Shown here piece after piece: positions 15,601 to 28,745 of a stretch of 64,000 nt of DNA. Location of the stretch: the NCBI RefSeq assembly GCF_031769215.1, contig NW_026781915.1, positions 2,480,001-2,544,000 of the forward strand. Reading direction: 5' to 3'. The first letter of the stretch is position 1; each line of letters begins with the position of its first letter. Under the pieces are notes generated by a model. It was not told the DNA's origin. It did not search any database and saw only the letters and a list, made by a program, of their open reading frames with translations. Made by a program: the position numbers and the translations under genes. Origin of the DNA: Ylistrum balloti. Taxonomy: Eukaryota.

Positions 15601-18600
15601 CTATAGGGGCAATCCAGAAGTGAAGGTAAGTTCTTATCTGTGTCAGACGGGATATAGGGGGCCATCCAGTAGTGAAGGTAAGTTCTTATCTGTGTCAGAC
15701 GGGATATAGGGGCCATCCAGTAGTGAAGGTAAGTTCTTATCTGTGTCAGACGGGCTATAGGGGGCCATCCAGTAGTGAAGGTTAGTTCTTATCTGTGTCA
15801 GACGGGATATAGGGGGCCATCCAGTAGTGAAGGTTAGTTCTTATCTGTGTCAGACGGGCTATAAGGGGACATCCAGTAGTGAAGGTAAATTCTTATCTGT
15901 GTCAGACGGGCTATAGGGGGCCATCCAGTAGTAATGGTAAGTTTGGATTGAATCCCAGTCCAGTTGATAATGTACATCCATTCGAATTTATTTCAGGTCA
16001 CAAAACTTGTGAATACTCATAACTGAAACATGTTTCCAATACATTCAAAAAGAGGGGACCATTGTGTAGTGAAAGTAAGTACATAATTGTGTCTGACGGG
16101 CTTAATGGGGGCCATTCTGTAGTGAAGGTAAGTTCATAATTGTGTCGGACGGGCTAAAGGGAGTCATCGTGTAGAGAAGGTACACGTATACAAATATAAG
16201 ACGGGCTATAGGGAATGGCATATAGTGAAGGTACGCGTACACATGCGTCGGACAGGCATGACTGCCGTATAGTAAAGTGGAGCTAAGACTAGGGTCTTAC
16301 GGAATGAAGTGGACCATCATGTGATAAAGAAAACAACAACGAAAAGACAAAGATATCAACAGAATGATACTCCAATCTTAAATTTTAGTAATGACAAATA
16401 CCAAAATGAGAATAAGCTATACAACAACGGTACCAACAGATATAATGATGGGCATCAAACACGTCCAGTCATACCACATAAGAAATTGGACCATTAAGAC
16501 GACAGTAAAACTTTCCCTACAATTTTACAAATCTGCATCACTCGAAACTGTCTTGTGTGTCTGTCGATCAGTTTCCGACATCGTAAACGGAAATCGAGAT
16601 ATTTAGACCAAGCTCTTGAATATGTGATCAACTGCGACATGTGAACACGTAGTTTGGGGTGCAGGAATACGTCTCTACAAGAATAGACCTTTTACACTTA
16701 GACTCATTATATAGCTTGAAAATAAGGTAAAGTCAAATAAGTATAACAATGACTATATGGAACCATTTTGTAGTGAAGGGAAGACGCCTGTCAGATGGGT
16801 TGAATGGGACATTATATGGTGGAGTTAATCTAAGCTAGGTGTTTGACGCATTGTGAGGGCTATGTAGTAAATGAGAGGTAAGGTCAGACGTGTAAGACAG
16901 GATATAGGGGTGAAAGTAAGTTTAGATATCAGTCAGACGGACTACATGAGACCATCATGTAGTGAAGTTGAGATCATTTGGAACTTTACTGCATTTATTA
17001 AAAGCAGAATGAATCCAAACATATATAATGTAGGCCTACGCTGTTTCAGTTTCTGCCGAGGTGTTAAGGATAAACTGTATTATGTATCTGTTATAAACTT
17101 GTACGCCAAGGTCATGGTGTCACAAAGTTTGGAGTTCAATTATTAGATGTCATCTAATATCATAAGAAACAGTTGTAGTTTATGCTATTTAGTATATTTT
17201 CAAGTTTTAGAAAGTCTTATTTGCTTTTGCAATCATAACGAGAACTAAATTACCTTGGCTTGAGTTTTATTAACGCAGTATACATGTTCATTTTATAACA
17301 CAGATACGGAAGACTTGTTTTATATATCCAATGTAATTAATGTTTTTTATTATTTTATCAGTGTGTCTTCCTGGTCAGTTTGGTGACAACTGTTCGTTGA
17401 CGTGTCACTGTTTAGTTGATGGTTGCCAACATACTGATGGTCTGTGTATAGAAAATGCCGGCTGTGATGCAGGATGGCAGGGTCCTTCATGTAGTCAAGG
17501 TACTGTTTAAATGTTGTGTGACTTTGATACTTAAAAAGTACTGCTAGTATGCCTTATACAAGTGATATCAATATTTTAGCTTTTCTTTTTCTATTTTAAT
17601 TATATTTGTTTCTGTGTGAAATAGAAAGCAATCATAAAAGCAACGTTAGGCACAATTATGAAAGTCTGGTTAACTAAGTGATGAGGTGAATACATAAAGA
17701 ATTTGACATAAGCTAAAATGATGGGGCAATTAGTGAATAAACCTGTCGAAAGTGATACGACATATTTAACAAGACTTCTATATGTTTGGAGAAAAAGTGA
17801 TGCAATGGCAGGATTATTAAACCTGTGTTAATGACAAGAAAATAATTATCTAATCTGCTACAGTGAGGACAGAAAACAATGAAAACTATGTAACAACTTT
17901 AATTGATAAGTTCATGTAATAATATTGAAATCAGATTTTACGTTGTAGTCTATGTTTTTAGTATGTAACGCATCTACGTATGGAGCCGGTTGTACAGAGC
18001 AATGTGGCTATTGTCTGATGGGAACACCCTGTCATCATATAAACGGCAGTTGCCCTGATGACTGTGACGCCGGATTTCAACAGCCTCTGTGCATGGAAGG
18101 TCTGTGATAGTATATAGATATGAGGTCGAAGTGGACGCTTTAATAGCTTATAAGACAAGCTATTACACCCTTTAGTAAAACGGTTCACTTATTGTGATAT
18201 CTTCCAAATTACTGGTCACTCATTTTCACGTACTACCAGCAACATTAGCTACTTATTCGTAACTTATTCAAGGAAAGTAACATTCAATTCTTGTTTCAAC
18301 AGTATGTCCTAACGGCACATATGGAGTCAATTGCGCCCAAACTTGCGGAGTCTGCAAAGACTCCATGCCATGTGACCAGAAGTCGGGTGTCTGTCCAAAT
18401 TCCTGTGATCCTGGGTGGACAGGGCTGTTGTGTAAAACAGGTACTGTTAAGACTCTGATTACCAGGCAGTGTTACTTAATTAAGTAATTGAGTAATTTTG
18501 CTGAGATGAACATATTGTCTGTGTGAATCTGTATTGTTGCCATTTGTATAAATGATGCCAATAATTATAATACCGAACACATTGTTGGTATTTCGAATCA

Positions 18601-21600
18601 TATTGTCATGATATTTGCTCTTTCATTTTCACATTTTTGTTTAATTCATTACTTTTTTATGTAGTTATATATTTTGCTTTTTGTGTCGTGATCATGTATT
18701 ACAGCAGGCAAAAAAACGATTGTTGCAATACAATTATTTTAGATTTCACCTTTCTATTGTTAAAGGGTGCAACACTGGTTACTATGGACAAGACTGCCAA
18801 GAAATTTGTAACTGTAGAAACAACACGGCCTGTGACCGTGCCGTGGGCACATGTCCGCGGGGCGAATGTGAAGTAGGATGGAACGGCTCTACATGTGGCG
18901 ACCGTAAGTACTCTGTTTTGAATTTTAGGACCGACAGGTTAAAACTAATACGCCAACATTTTCTAAAATAAATGTTTATCATCCTTAAGATATAAAGAAG
19001 CATAGTAAACATGTAATCAAATATACGCCCTGTTGGTGAATATATCACAAATGACAAGTTGTGTCTGTTTATTGACCATACAATTTAAGTTTTGTTTATT
19101 TGTAATACAATGTTAGTTTTGTTTGGGAACCAATACTACTACCAATGTTATTCATTTTTATTATTAGCATTGGTTTCTGTTCATGTATCTACCTTTATTA
19201 GTCTCCTACCTACAACCAGAGGGGTACTCTAGTTTTGCGTTGCGTCTGTCCGTCCTTCCGCTATCTTGTCTAGGACATATCTTCAACACAACTAATCACG
19301 GGGACAAGATACTTGGGACATGGGTTCACCTTTGTGATACGGTGTATCGCGTATTAAACGCAGGCCATTTGACCTTCACTTTGACAATGACCTACATCCA
19401 AGAAAAAAGCTTGTACGGGCACTATCTCCTACACTACCAGTCACTGGAACGTTAACTTTTGATATGGGTTCACTAAAATGAGGCGGTGTGTCGCGTTTCA
19501 AATAGATCATTGTGGTTGACATTTTGACCTTTGACCGACATTAAAGAAAATTATTCTCCAGGCACTACTCCTAATCACCCTGACTCCATACTGGTGATAT
19601 GTGTTCACTTTGGTGAGGCGGTGTATCCGAAGTCGGCCGTCACCTAATCATCTCGTTTCTGTTTAATTTGTTTGTCAGTCTGTCCAGACGGTACGTTTTC
19701 CTACAACTGTCAGAAGAAATGTAACTGTCTAAACGGGTATTGTAATCCTTTGGATCCGGATGGTGTATGTCCTCCTATCGGATGTTTATCAGGATGGACG
19801 GGAGTGGCTTGTAATGAAGGTAATTAATGGAGCGCCTTATAACCTATCGGTTACTACCTTAAAGTTGGATAGTTGTTATTTACTGAAGTGCAAAATCGTT
19901 TTGTAAAGACTTATGACTCAAATATTACAAAACACAAAGTTAAATTAATGTAATTTTAAAAAGATATGTATTATCTAAATAACCTGTTACTACAATTAAC
20001 TTCAATTTTGTATCATTTGGAAACACGAAAATGATATGCGTTTCCATGTCACGTATTATTTTAGATTACAAAGAAGTTATTGTGTTTTAATGATTGTGGA
20101 GGGTTAAAATTTGTGTTCACCGTGTAAATGTTTCTCTTGTTCTTATTCTGCCCTGGTGTTACTGACCTTGAGTACTGATCATGATTCCATTGGCACTATT
20201 TCTTTGTTTTTCTTGTCTACGTCTCAGTCTGTCGCAACGGTACATACGGTCCATCGTGTACATGGTCATGTGGGGCGTGTTTCGCTGATACACCATGTGA
20301 TCACATGTCTGGTGTGTGCCCTACCGGATGTTCGCCAGGATACACTGGACTGACTTGTCTCATGAGTACGTTACAAGAAACTGCATAATAATAAACTGGA
20401 AAGTAACCTTTATCGTGCTATTCCATCGATATGATGTCCGAAATAAGCTCAACAAAATGAAAACAATAACAACATTGCTTAAAAAAACAGAATGAATTGG
20501 TTGTCCTGGAAAGGCAATAGCGCTTATACCGTTCCGGTTAAAGTTCATATCGACATCAAGAAAGAATCGAGACATTTAAGATAGCTTGCACTGTATTTTT
20601 AAACAATGCTGACAACACGTGTCCAAATCGAGACTTAAACGCATACATAACACTAATTCAAAATTGTGTTAAAGGCTGTTGTTCACTTTTGTGTCTTTTA
20701 TACAATCTTTTACATCTCCAGTGTCTTCTTATGAAGCAATCTAGAAATACTGTCATGCTTTCATTCCATGAAAATATATTTTAACATTTAAGTTTTCAGA
20801 GATCCAAATGAAATTTTCTATTTCTGGCATGACTACCTCGATCTCCTTGATAAATATATGGATAGATGGATAAAATACATATTCGAGATAAAATGTGAAA
20901 ATCGGGGGATCCCACCACAAGTAATATACGATCTCATACATCTTCTATTCCAGCGTGCGATAATTGGTGGTATGGACAGGACTGCTCCCTGAGGTGTGAC
21001 AACTGCTACCGGGATGCTATATGTAATCCCGTCACGGGTGTGTGTCCTAATGGACTCTGTAGCTCCGGCTGGAGTGGACCAACATGTACAGACGGTAAAT
21101 AACTCCCAGCATCACTGACCAGTCTTTGAAGGATGAAACGTCTGAATAATGCAGTTGAATTCATCATCTGGCTATATTGTATCTAGTTCAAAATTTATAT
21201 ACAAATTATTGGCACCGATGAGGGGCGCAAGATACACATGCATGGAGGGATACATGATATGTCGAACGCTATGAGAATTTTATGGCGCGAAAATTCGGCC
21301 TCGGTCGATATTGGGAAAATATCTTTTATTTATTTAGTCATATCGATCGAAACATAATTGTATAAATCTTGTACCTGTATCTGACGTTCTGTTAATATTG
21401 TGCAATATTGAAATTGTGACATTTATCAGGTTTTGACATTTCTTTCGATCCATTTAGATTTTTAAGCCGTCTCCTATTTGTTTAGATCAATGTCCTTAGC
21501 ATCACTGACGAATTAAATGTATGGTGCAGTTTAACTCATTTTTGGGTATCCTGTACATTCATTGTGGTCAAAGGTACTGTGTGTCTTTTGTACAATCTTT

Positions 21601-24600
21601 TAAAAATTCACTTTAGAGAGTTAACAGGAAGGTAAGAGGAAAATGACGAATCGGCAATTAATCCAAATTACAAGATTTACATTAACGAGTGATGTTTTGT
21701 CTAAGAATATATTTATGATTTAGAAGGCAGATAATTTGAATTTTACATGTTAAATACCTGAAGAAGTCAAAACTTTTTATTTGGTACATAGCAGTTGTCT
21801 TAATCTCTGTGTGAACAAACTTTTTGCGGACAGATAAATGGAAGATAATCTTGCCCTGAATGGTATAAGTTAATATCTAAGATGCCAAAATATATGTTCG
21901 GGGGAAATCGCTATTCCGTACTGTTTGTGTAATGCTACTGTTCTGATTTCTTCAGCTTGTCCTTCGACAAGGTATGGTGAAGGATGCTTGTTGCTGTGCT
22001 CTGAAAATTGTGTGAATCAGGAATGTGACCGTTTCAACTCCACTTGTACCTCTGGATGCAAATCTGGATATCAGGGTCACGCATGTATAGACCCAGTGGT
22101 AGTGAGCGTAGTCGACGGTAGGAACATCGTTATATTGGCCATTTATTGGAATTTGAATTATTTCCTTCGCTGTTATATAAACGTAATTCTATCGCGTACT
22201 TGTATGCATATTCCAATACACTTTGAATAAACTATGAGAACTTAATTTTCTGAATATTTGTTATAAGCTCGTTACAGAATGTAATCTGATCACTATTTCA
22301 TAAATCATAACATACAATGATTAGGACCAGAAATATATCCTTTAATGCTAACTTTAATAAATATATTATACGTTACGTAATTAATTTGATTTTCAGAAAA
22401 ACTTAGAGCCTATTGCGAAGTCATGGAAAGCAGTTCAATTATCTGTTTTCTTTCACAGATTATTGGCTGGAGCAATCCAAGATAGCTCTCTACGTCATAG
22501 CGGGCATTCTGTTCTTCATGGTCTTGTTGGTGATCTTGTGTTGTCTGAGACGGTAAAATGTGTTTTTATATAGAGAGTTTTCTATAGCTTTTATTCTGTG
22601 TTGTTTTCGTTTTCATTTTTATCAGTATATTTAAAATGAAGCTTATATTTTTCCAAATAACTGATCCTTACCGAAAGTAAATGAGAGAACTCCTAAATAT
22701 GGGTCAGATGACGTTAACTTTAAATGAGAAGCATTGTGTATGGTTTAGAATGCTTCCTTGTTTAAGATAAGAAAACACTTTGCCAGTTCCCTATGAATCA
22801 GTTATGTGTATAAAATGTATTGATGTTGTATCAATTAACACTTTATAATAAGAGTAATCATTATTCTAATAGATTTTAAAAGTACATTTCGCACGATATC
22901 TTATCCAAACGTTATTTTTTACCATAAATCATCATTTTTTTAACTCCAATGCGAAAACGGTGTTTAATCAAGTACACATGTTATAGATGTTTGGTATTGT
23001 TGTTACTATTTTTGTCTTCTAAACATTACTCTATGTATAGTAATTAAGACTAGAGTATGTGTACACAACGCTTCTATTCTGGCAATGTTTTCATACACAG
23101 AAAGGGTCCCATTACACTGCACAATAATGCAAACAATGACAATTGACTGACCTTTATGGTGAACAATTCCGTACAAAAATATCGTTAAATCTTTAGAACC
23201 ATGTAAACACGCGTCGCACATACTGATTTATAATGATTTGCCTTATACACAGGAAGATAATGAAGGAACGAAAGAGGGTCCCTAAAGGGATCGCTATTGC
23301 GGAAAAGGGTGGTGTTGGAGGTAAGTTGCAACTCTATTTCATAGTAACATAGTAATCAAACTTTGTTAGTTTTACAACGTGTTACTCGGATAAAAAAACA
23401 TTGCTCACACTTCGGATGCAGTGGTAATGGTAAAATTATATGTATTCCATATAGATTGATAATTGCAATCTTTGATCATCAAGTCTAGTCAGTTTTGTTA
23501 TGATAACCAGTGGGATGAATAAATTCAAGTAAAAAGTGAAGGTATGATATGAAGGTTATAAGATATGTGTTTTTTGTTATTTCAGTTCAAACAAATTGTA
23601 TATGTCAGTTGTCAGGTCAGATCATGTGTGTCAATACACACAGAGTGTATTAATTCACTAGTACATAAACGGATTTTAAGACGAATTAATTATTCCAATA
23701 TGACGCGAATATCATTTCAACATCCGCCTTCAAATGTGTCTGATAGAATTTTATTTCTGCCTCGTTAGATGTTCTTTATTAAATGATAGATACTATATGA
23801 CTTACTTACAGAACCCTTGATAACCTTGTCATTGTACTTGTGGTTATGAACACATTGATTTAAAGACATGCATGAGTACCAGCGCAATCAAATATTTGAA
23901 TCATATACACCAGAGAAATATGTAATATAGCGCCACTGATAATGTCAAAGATTAGTTGAATTTCACAGTGTTTATTTTTGTTTAATATGTGTATTTGGTA
24001 AAAAGTGAAAATCTTAGCAATTACTTACCCTCGTCTCACAAGGATAATTTCCATTTTATAACAAGTTGAGGGACGTATTCCTTACCAAGATATAACAGCC
24101 GAAGCCAATGAAGACAAAGACAAAATAGCAGATATACCGTTGGAAGACGTACCAACAGATGACCAGGCTACCCTTGTCGACAATCAACTCAATTCGGCAA
24201 GTGAAGGGCCAGAACCAATAGTTGCACTACCAGCAGAAGTACCCGTCGAGAAGGAGGAGAGGGATGCCGATGTCGACGATAAAGACGATGAAGACGACAT
24301 TGATGACGACTATCCCGATGGTGATGTCGGGAAAAATGAGGTAGAGAACAGTGATACAGGGTCCACCACGGCAGCACTGACTGCAGTACCAGCAGCGACG
24401 TCTGCGACCAGCGAGAACTCGAACATGCCAATAGCGATGACGTACGGGTTTGCTTTACCGGTAATTGTAGGGACGAGGATTTTATTGTCCGGATTTATCA
24501 CTACTGTTAAAAATAGGAAGGAGTTGGGAAATCTGGCAAACGAATTTAAGGTAAGCATACAAGTAACAACTTGTTGTCCTTATGATAATCTGTTCAAGGC

Positions 24601-27600
24601 TAATAAAATGGCTTATACATAAGACCAAAGAAATTTCGACGATACCCTGTCTGTTGCTAATTCGTCAGCATGAGCGATGTTCGTATATATTCATATTAAA
24701 TGGTAGTATTATGAGGTATATCAAACAATAAACTGCATTGACAAGGGACAAAACGTATTTCTTTATCTTCAGAATTTACCTGAAGGTCCTCAGCGCCCGG
24801 TGAGTGTTGCTAAAATGCCAGAAAATAAAGCGAGGAATAGATTTCGAAACATACTTCCATGTAAGTTCAGTTCAATCTATAAGCCTCTATACCGGACTTA
24901 ATTGCTGAGACATAAGTTAAAACTGAACGATTATGTTTTTTCGGTATTATTATTATTGAGTAGGTGGATGTAGGTTTCGCATTCTTAAAGAAAGAGTATC
25001 AGTATGGTCTCATATGTTTTGAATATCATTTATTGTTAATGGGTATGAATAGCTTTACCCCAAGTTGTATGATGAACGTGATGACATAAATTTTCCTGGT
25101 TTGAATTTTCTATATCTGGATAACAACATGTGTCGCAACGGATTCGACATCCAAGAGCTTGTTCAATTTATCACAGTTTCTGTGCAGGAATTCGTTAACT
25201 TACGGACAAACTGATAACACATGGTTTCATAAGATTCATGTTGATGAAAAATATGGGGAAGCTGTATGGCCATCAGAGTGATCTCACTGAGAAATATTTA
25301 AGACATGTAGTCTTAATATCCTTGAACGTTCTTTTATTCATATTTTGCCCTGGTTTTATTGAATTTGGGTTTGGATTATTATGATGACATGTAAGTACTT
25401 TATTTGTTTCTTATCACATATATGTTGTACATGTAGATAAACTTATTAATTTTATTTTCTGCTCCCTTTGAATGAAGATGATCACTCAAGGGTTGTACTG
25501 GCGAAAGAAAGGGGAGGAAATGATTATATAAACGCAAGCTTTATCGATGTAAGTTGATTGTTTTCCTTTGAAGATAATAAATCAGTTTGTTCCAAGTATA
25601 ATTTGTAATGCGTTAAAATATCTCCCATGTATTTCTGAAATTGTCAGTTTTGCTTATTAATTATCGGCATTTCACTAGAGGTCATATCATTAAGCCTAAC
25701 TCAGGACGAAACAAAACAACACAAGTAGATTCAACTTAACTGAAATAGTTTTTTAATGCGGTAGTCTCTCATTATTTACCTTCCAGAAGTAACCAAAAAC
25801 ACTTGCTGAAGCTCAAACTTAAATAACTTGAGTGAACGAAATACTATGTACCACAAACACTCGTAATATAACCTATTTATACATATGCTTTTGCAGGGAA
25901 TGGACAGTGAAAAACAGTACATCGCTACACAAGGTTTGTGTAGAACGTGTTTAAAACATGAAATCCAAAAATATACTTTTACTTCAAATTGATATTATTG
26001 TCTCAACGTCTGATGATTTCCGGCATAAATTCCATGGAATTGGTTCCAAATGCTAGGGAAATTCACACATCATTACCCTTATTATGCTACTCAAATATTA
26101 CTCCAACGATTATTGTTTTGTTTTGTAACTTTGATTCTTTCTCTGCACATGACAGGTCCGAAGGACGACACGGTGTCTGATTTCTGGCAGATGATATGGG
26201 AAAACAAAAGTGGGAAAGTGATCATGTTGGCAAATCTGATAGAATTAGGCAGGGTAAGATTGATGTGAATGAAGAAATAACAATCATCAGTGTACAATAT
26301 TAAGCGTTTTCAGTCTTGTTTCTGTGAACACAAAATCACAGCTAGTGCCTCACTTCACCCAGTTTAGTGAGACATAATGACCAAATAGTGATTGATACGA
26401 AGAAGCTATTATTGCTGACTTACTATTTTGCCGTTATATAATGTCATCGATTTCAAATATATTTTTAATTTTTGATTTTGTTAATGACGTTATTTTATGT
26501 CAATTATTAAATCATTTTGTTTTATAGGGTTTTAACGAAAATTGTTCAACATATAATTAAAGTATATGTATATTCATGATTATTAAAAGTTCACTTTTAT
26601 ACAGCCGAAATGTCACCAGTACTGGCCTAATGTGTCCGAAACCGCCCAATATGGAACGTACGTAGTCGAAACACTTTCAGAAAAGGAGGGCGATAGTTTT
26701 ACTGTTCGTGAGATTAAGCTACACTGTGCCCAGGTAACATAACACCTAACCAATGTCACATGCCAAACCACTGTATCAAAACAAACATAAAGCCAATCAC
26801 CATTCAATGTCCAATACCCGATCACTCTTCTTTACCCAACCATTATCAAATCATTTTCCCAAACCCAACCACTGTTCCGTACTCAAATACTGTCTCATAC
26901 CCAACCATTGTCCCAAACTCGATCCCTCACTCATACCCAACCGCTATTTCATACCAAACCACAATAGCATAGCTAACCACTGTATCTGTATCATTGCTAA
27001 TCATTTCATTCCCATCGACTGTCTCATATATATCAATTGTATCTTACCCAACCAATGTCCTATACCCAGCAACTGCCCCATATCCAAAAAGCATCCCATA
27101 TACAACCACTGTCACATATCCGACCTTAATGCAACACCCGTCCACTTTCTTACATTTCAATATTACCCGAAGTTTCGTCTCTGTCCCACAGATCACTGTA
27201 CCACACTCGGCCGTTGATCCATAGTTGCATTATTGTACAATATCCCTATATATACAACGGGTCGCTCTCACGTCCAACCAATAACTCATTACCGATAATT
27301 GCTTTGCACAAAAAACCTCCCAAAACTGTCAAAAACTTAATTGTGTATTATTTTATTTTATGCATATAAAAGAATAGATTCTGGTATGTTTGGTCAATAC
27401 TGGCGTTTTCAGTATTTCAGTCTATTTCAGAAAAAGTGTATCTGATATCTTGACATATTCTGTATAAACAAAACAAAACCTTTTTTTCATCAGGATGAGA
27501 CCGAGACAAGAACGATACATCAGTTACATTTCACGACCTGGCCTGATCATGGCACCCCGACTGTTGAGCAACTGCTCGGTTTCCATGACAGTTCAACAAA

Positions 27601-28369
27601 TGTCCAGACACCATTACCGGGCCCAGAGGTCGTCCATTGCAGGTGACAAACCGGACGGCATTCACTGTTGAAATTTACATTTTTAAATAAAACTATTTCA
27701 TGACTTTTATATGGTGTAAATACACCAAAACCACGCAATGTGATAGTAAATGCCAAACGAGATGATTTACCACATGCGACATTCGCTATAACCAAAGGAC
27801 CAACAATAAGATCACTAAACGTTTCAGATACATTTCGTTTCTGTGTTGTAGCGCCGGAGTAGGGAGGACTGGCACCTATATTGCCTTGGATGCGCTATGG
27901 AAACACGGTCGATACGCAGCCTCTCTGGATGTGTACGAGTATACACTTAAGATGCGGAAAGACCGAATTAATATGATACAGACAGTGGTAAGTATGAGTT
28001 TGTATGTAGATTTTGATTATACTGTGTTTGATTTATGTTTATATAAAATGTGTCTTAAAGACAGAAAACTCTTCACGCGAAACATGATATTTAGTTCAGA
28101 CTTAAACACAATCATTAAATGCTCTCAGAATGAATATTTTCTCACTGTGTAACACCCAAGTCATGTAATTGGTTGTTATTCCACTTCTTGCATCGCTTTT
28201 GGACGTTTTTGATAATATCATTTCAGAACATTTTGTATACAAAGAATGACACAATTTCAGAAGTACCAATACGGCAGTTTGAAAATTAATATGCATTTTT
28301 GTGTTTTAGGACCAGTATATCTGTCTTCATGAGGCGTTGGCGAATGGACTGCCGAATGCAACGAGTTGA
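3648..28369 (+). CDS. Receptor-type protein tyrosine phosphatase: signal peptide + F-type lectin (FTP/fucolectin) domain + 16 EGF-like repeats (MEGF10-like) + TM + single PTP domain; 30 exons, about 1373 aa
   Basis: Exon chain with GT-AG boundaries, summing to 4122 nt in one frame: 3648-3705 (MDYLLCFCFLCIFHISTAS, signal peptide); 6869-7075 and 8432-8653 (NVALNKAAQQSST..AVDGN..CSHT..WVVDLG..ELCELEAFG, FTP domain); EGF exons 8957-9094, 10283-10417, 11162-11299, 12242-12376, 12664-12801, 14179-14307, 14656-14793, 15284-15418, 17362-17499, 17962-18099, 18303-18440, 18766-18903, 19679-19819, 20228-20365, 20954-21094, 21956-22117; TM 22459-22552 (IALYVIAGILFFMVLLVILCCLRR); 23253-23320; 24066-24550; PTP exons 24773-24860 (NKARNRFRNILP), 25478-25548 (DYINASFID), 25897-25933 (YIATQG), 26156-26253 (DFWQMIWE), 26605-26733 (KCHQYWP), 27494-27642 (WPDHG..VHC), 27852-27987 (SAGVGRTG..MIQT), 28310-28369 (DQYICLHEAL..stop). 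Confidence 0.92.
7396..7500. repeat. Imperfect inverted repeat (about 42-bp arms, 21-nt spacer), foldback/MITE-like remnant in PTP intron
   Basis: 7396-7437 CGATAAAGCGAAATAACGAAAAGACGCTAAATCGGGGTAAAA versus 7459-7500 TTTTACCTCGGTTTGACTCCTTTTCGTTTTTTCGCTTTGGCG. Confidence 0.65.
11578..11684 (+). mobile_element. Penelope-like repeat relic with degenerate type I hammerhead ribozyme (copy A)
   Basis: TTTTCCTCAGT leader, then GGTGA-GTCC-TTGAA-GGAC-GAATC-AGCT-GTA-TGATGT, followed directly by the start of a second copy (AGCATCACTGAC). Confidence 0.55.
15377..15945 (+). repeat. 52-nt tandem repeat made of the 3' end of an EGF exon plus its splice donor, 11 donor copies; decayed copies at about 16060-16260 and 16760-16980
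   Basis: Unit ATCTGTGTCAGACGGGATATAGGGGGCCATCCAGTAGTGAAG|GTAAGTTCTT; GT donors at 15419, 15471, 15523, 15575, 15626, 15678, 15729, 15781, 15833, 15885, 15937. Confidence 0.93.
19194..19658 (+). mobile_element. Non-autonomous Helentron-associated (HINE/pearl-like) element in PTP intron
   Basis: T-rich start TTTATTAGTCTCCTACC, GTCC-type microsatellite (CGTCTGTCCGTCCTTCCG), internal TTTGACC motifs, end CTCGTTT. The family assignment is by resemblance only. Confidence 0.5.
21106..21530 (+). mobile_element. Two further hammerhead-type relics (copy B 21108-21154, copy C 21498-21529 with stem II deleted)
   Basis: B: AGCATCA-CTGACCA-GTCT-TTGAA-GGAT-GAAAC-GTCT-GAA-TAATGC. C: AGCATCA-CTGACGA-..-GTA-TGGTGCAG. 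Confidence 0.5.
26750..27330. repeat. Degenerate short-period A/C-rich repeat (ATACCCAACCACTGT-like) in PTP intron
   Basis: Recurrent CATACC(C/A)AACCA(C/T)TGT motifs give the P/T/N/H-rich spurious ORFs at 26753-27224. Confidence 0.6.
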
Positions 28370-28674
28370 TATTAGTTTTCTTAGTGATTCAATATTGCAT
28401 CATTCCCACAAGGACTTACAGGAATCGACACACAGTCGTTCACAATTGATTATACTAACAAAGAATCAAGTAACCGTCAAAGTATCAGTCCGTTAATCCT
28501 GATCAGTATTTTAAGAAAAATATATCCTTTGATATCATGCAGTATCTAATTTATCCATCTTCTCATTGTGTGGCTGAATTTTTCATAACAAATATATCGA
28601 CCGTTTCGTAATCCAGTGAGTAGACTTATTTACTGGCCCCCTTTAGGAAATTCCTATCATCATCTGTCAAAGAA

Positions 28675-28745
28675 ATAGCTCGGTCAGTTTGAACGTTGGC
28701 CTCAGGTGAAAAATCCAAGGTGCGTGGGTCATTGTTCCCTAACCG
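28675..28745 (+). mobile_element. Possible decayed tRNA-derived SINE head
   Basis: ATAGCTCGGTCAGTTTGAACGTTGGCCT..GGTGCGTGGGTCATTGTTCCC resembles A-box/B-box tRNA heads. Confidence 0.25.
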
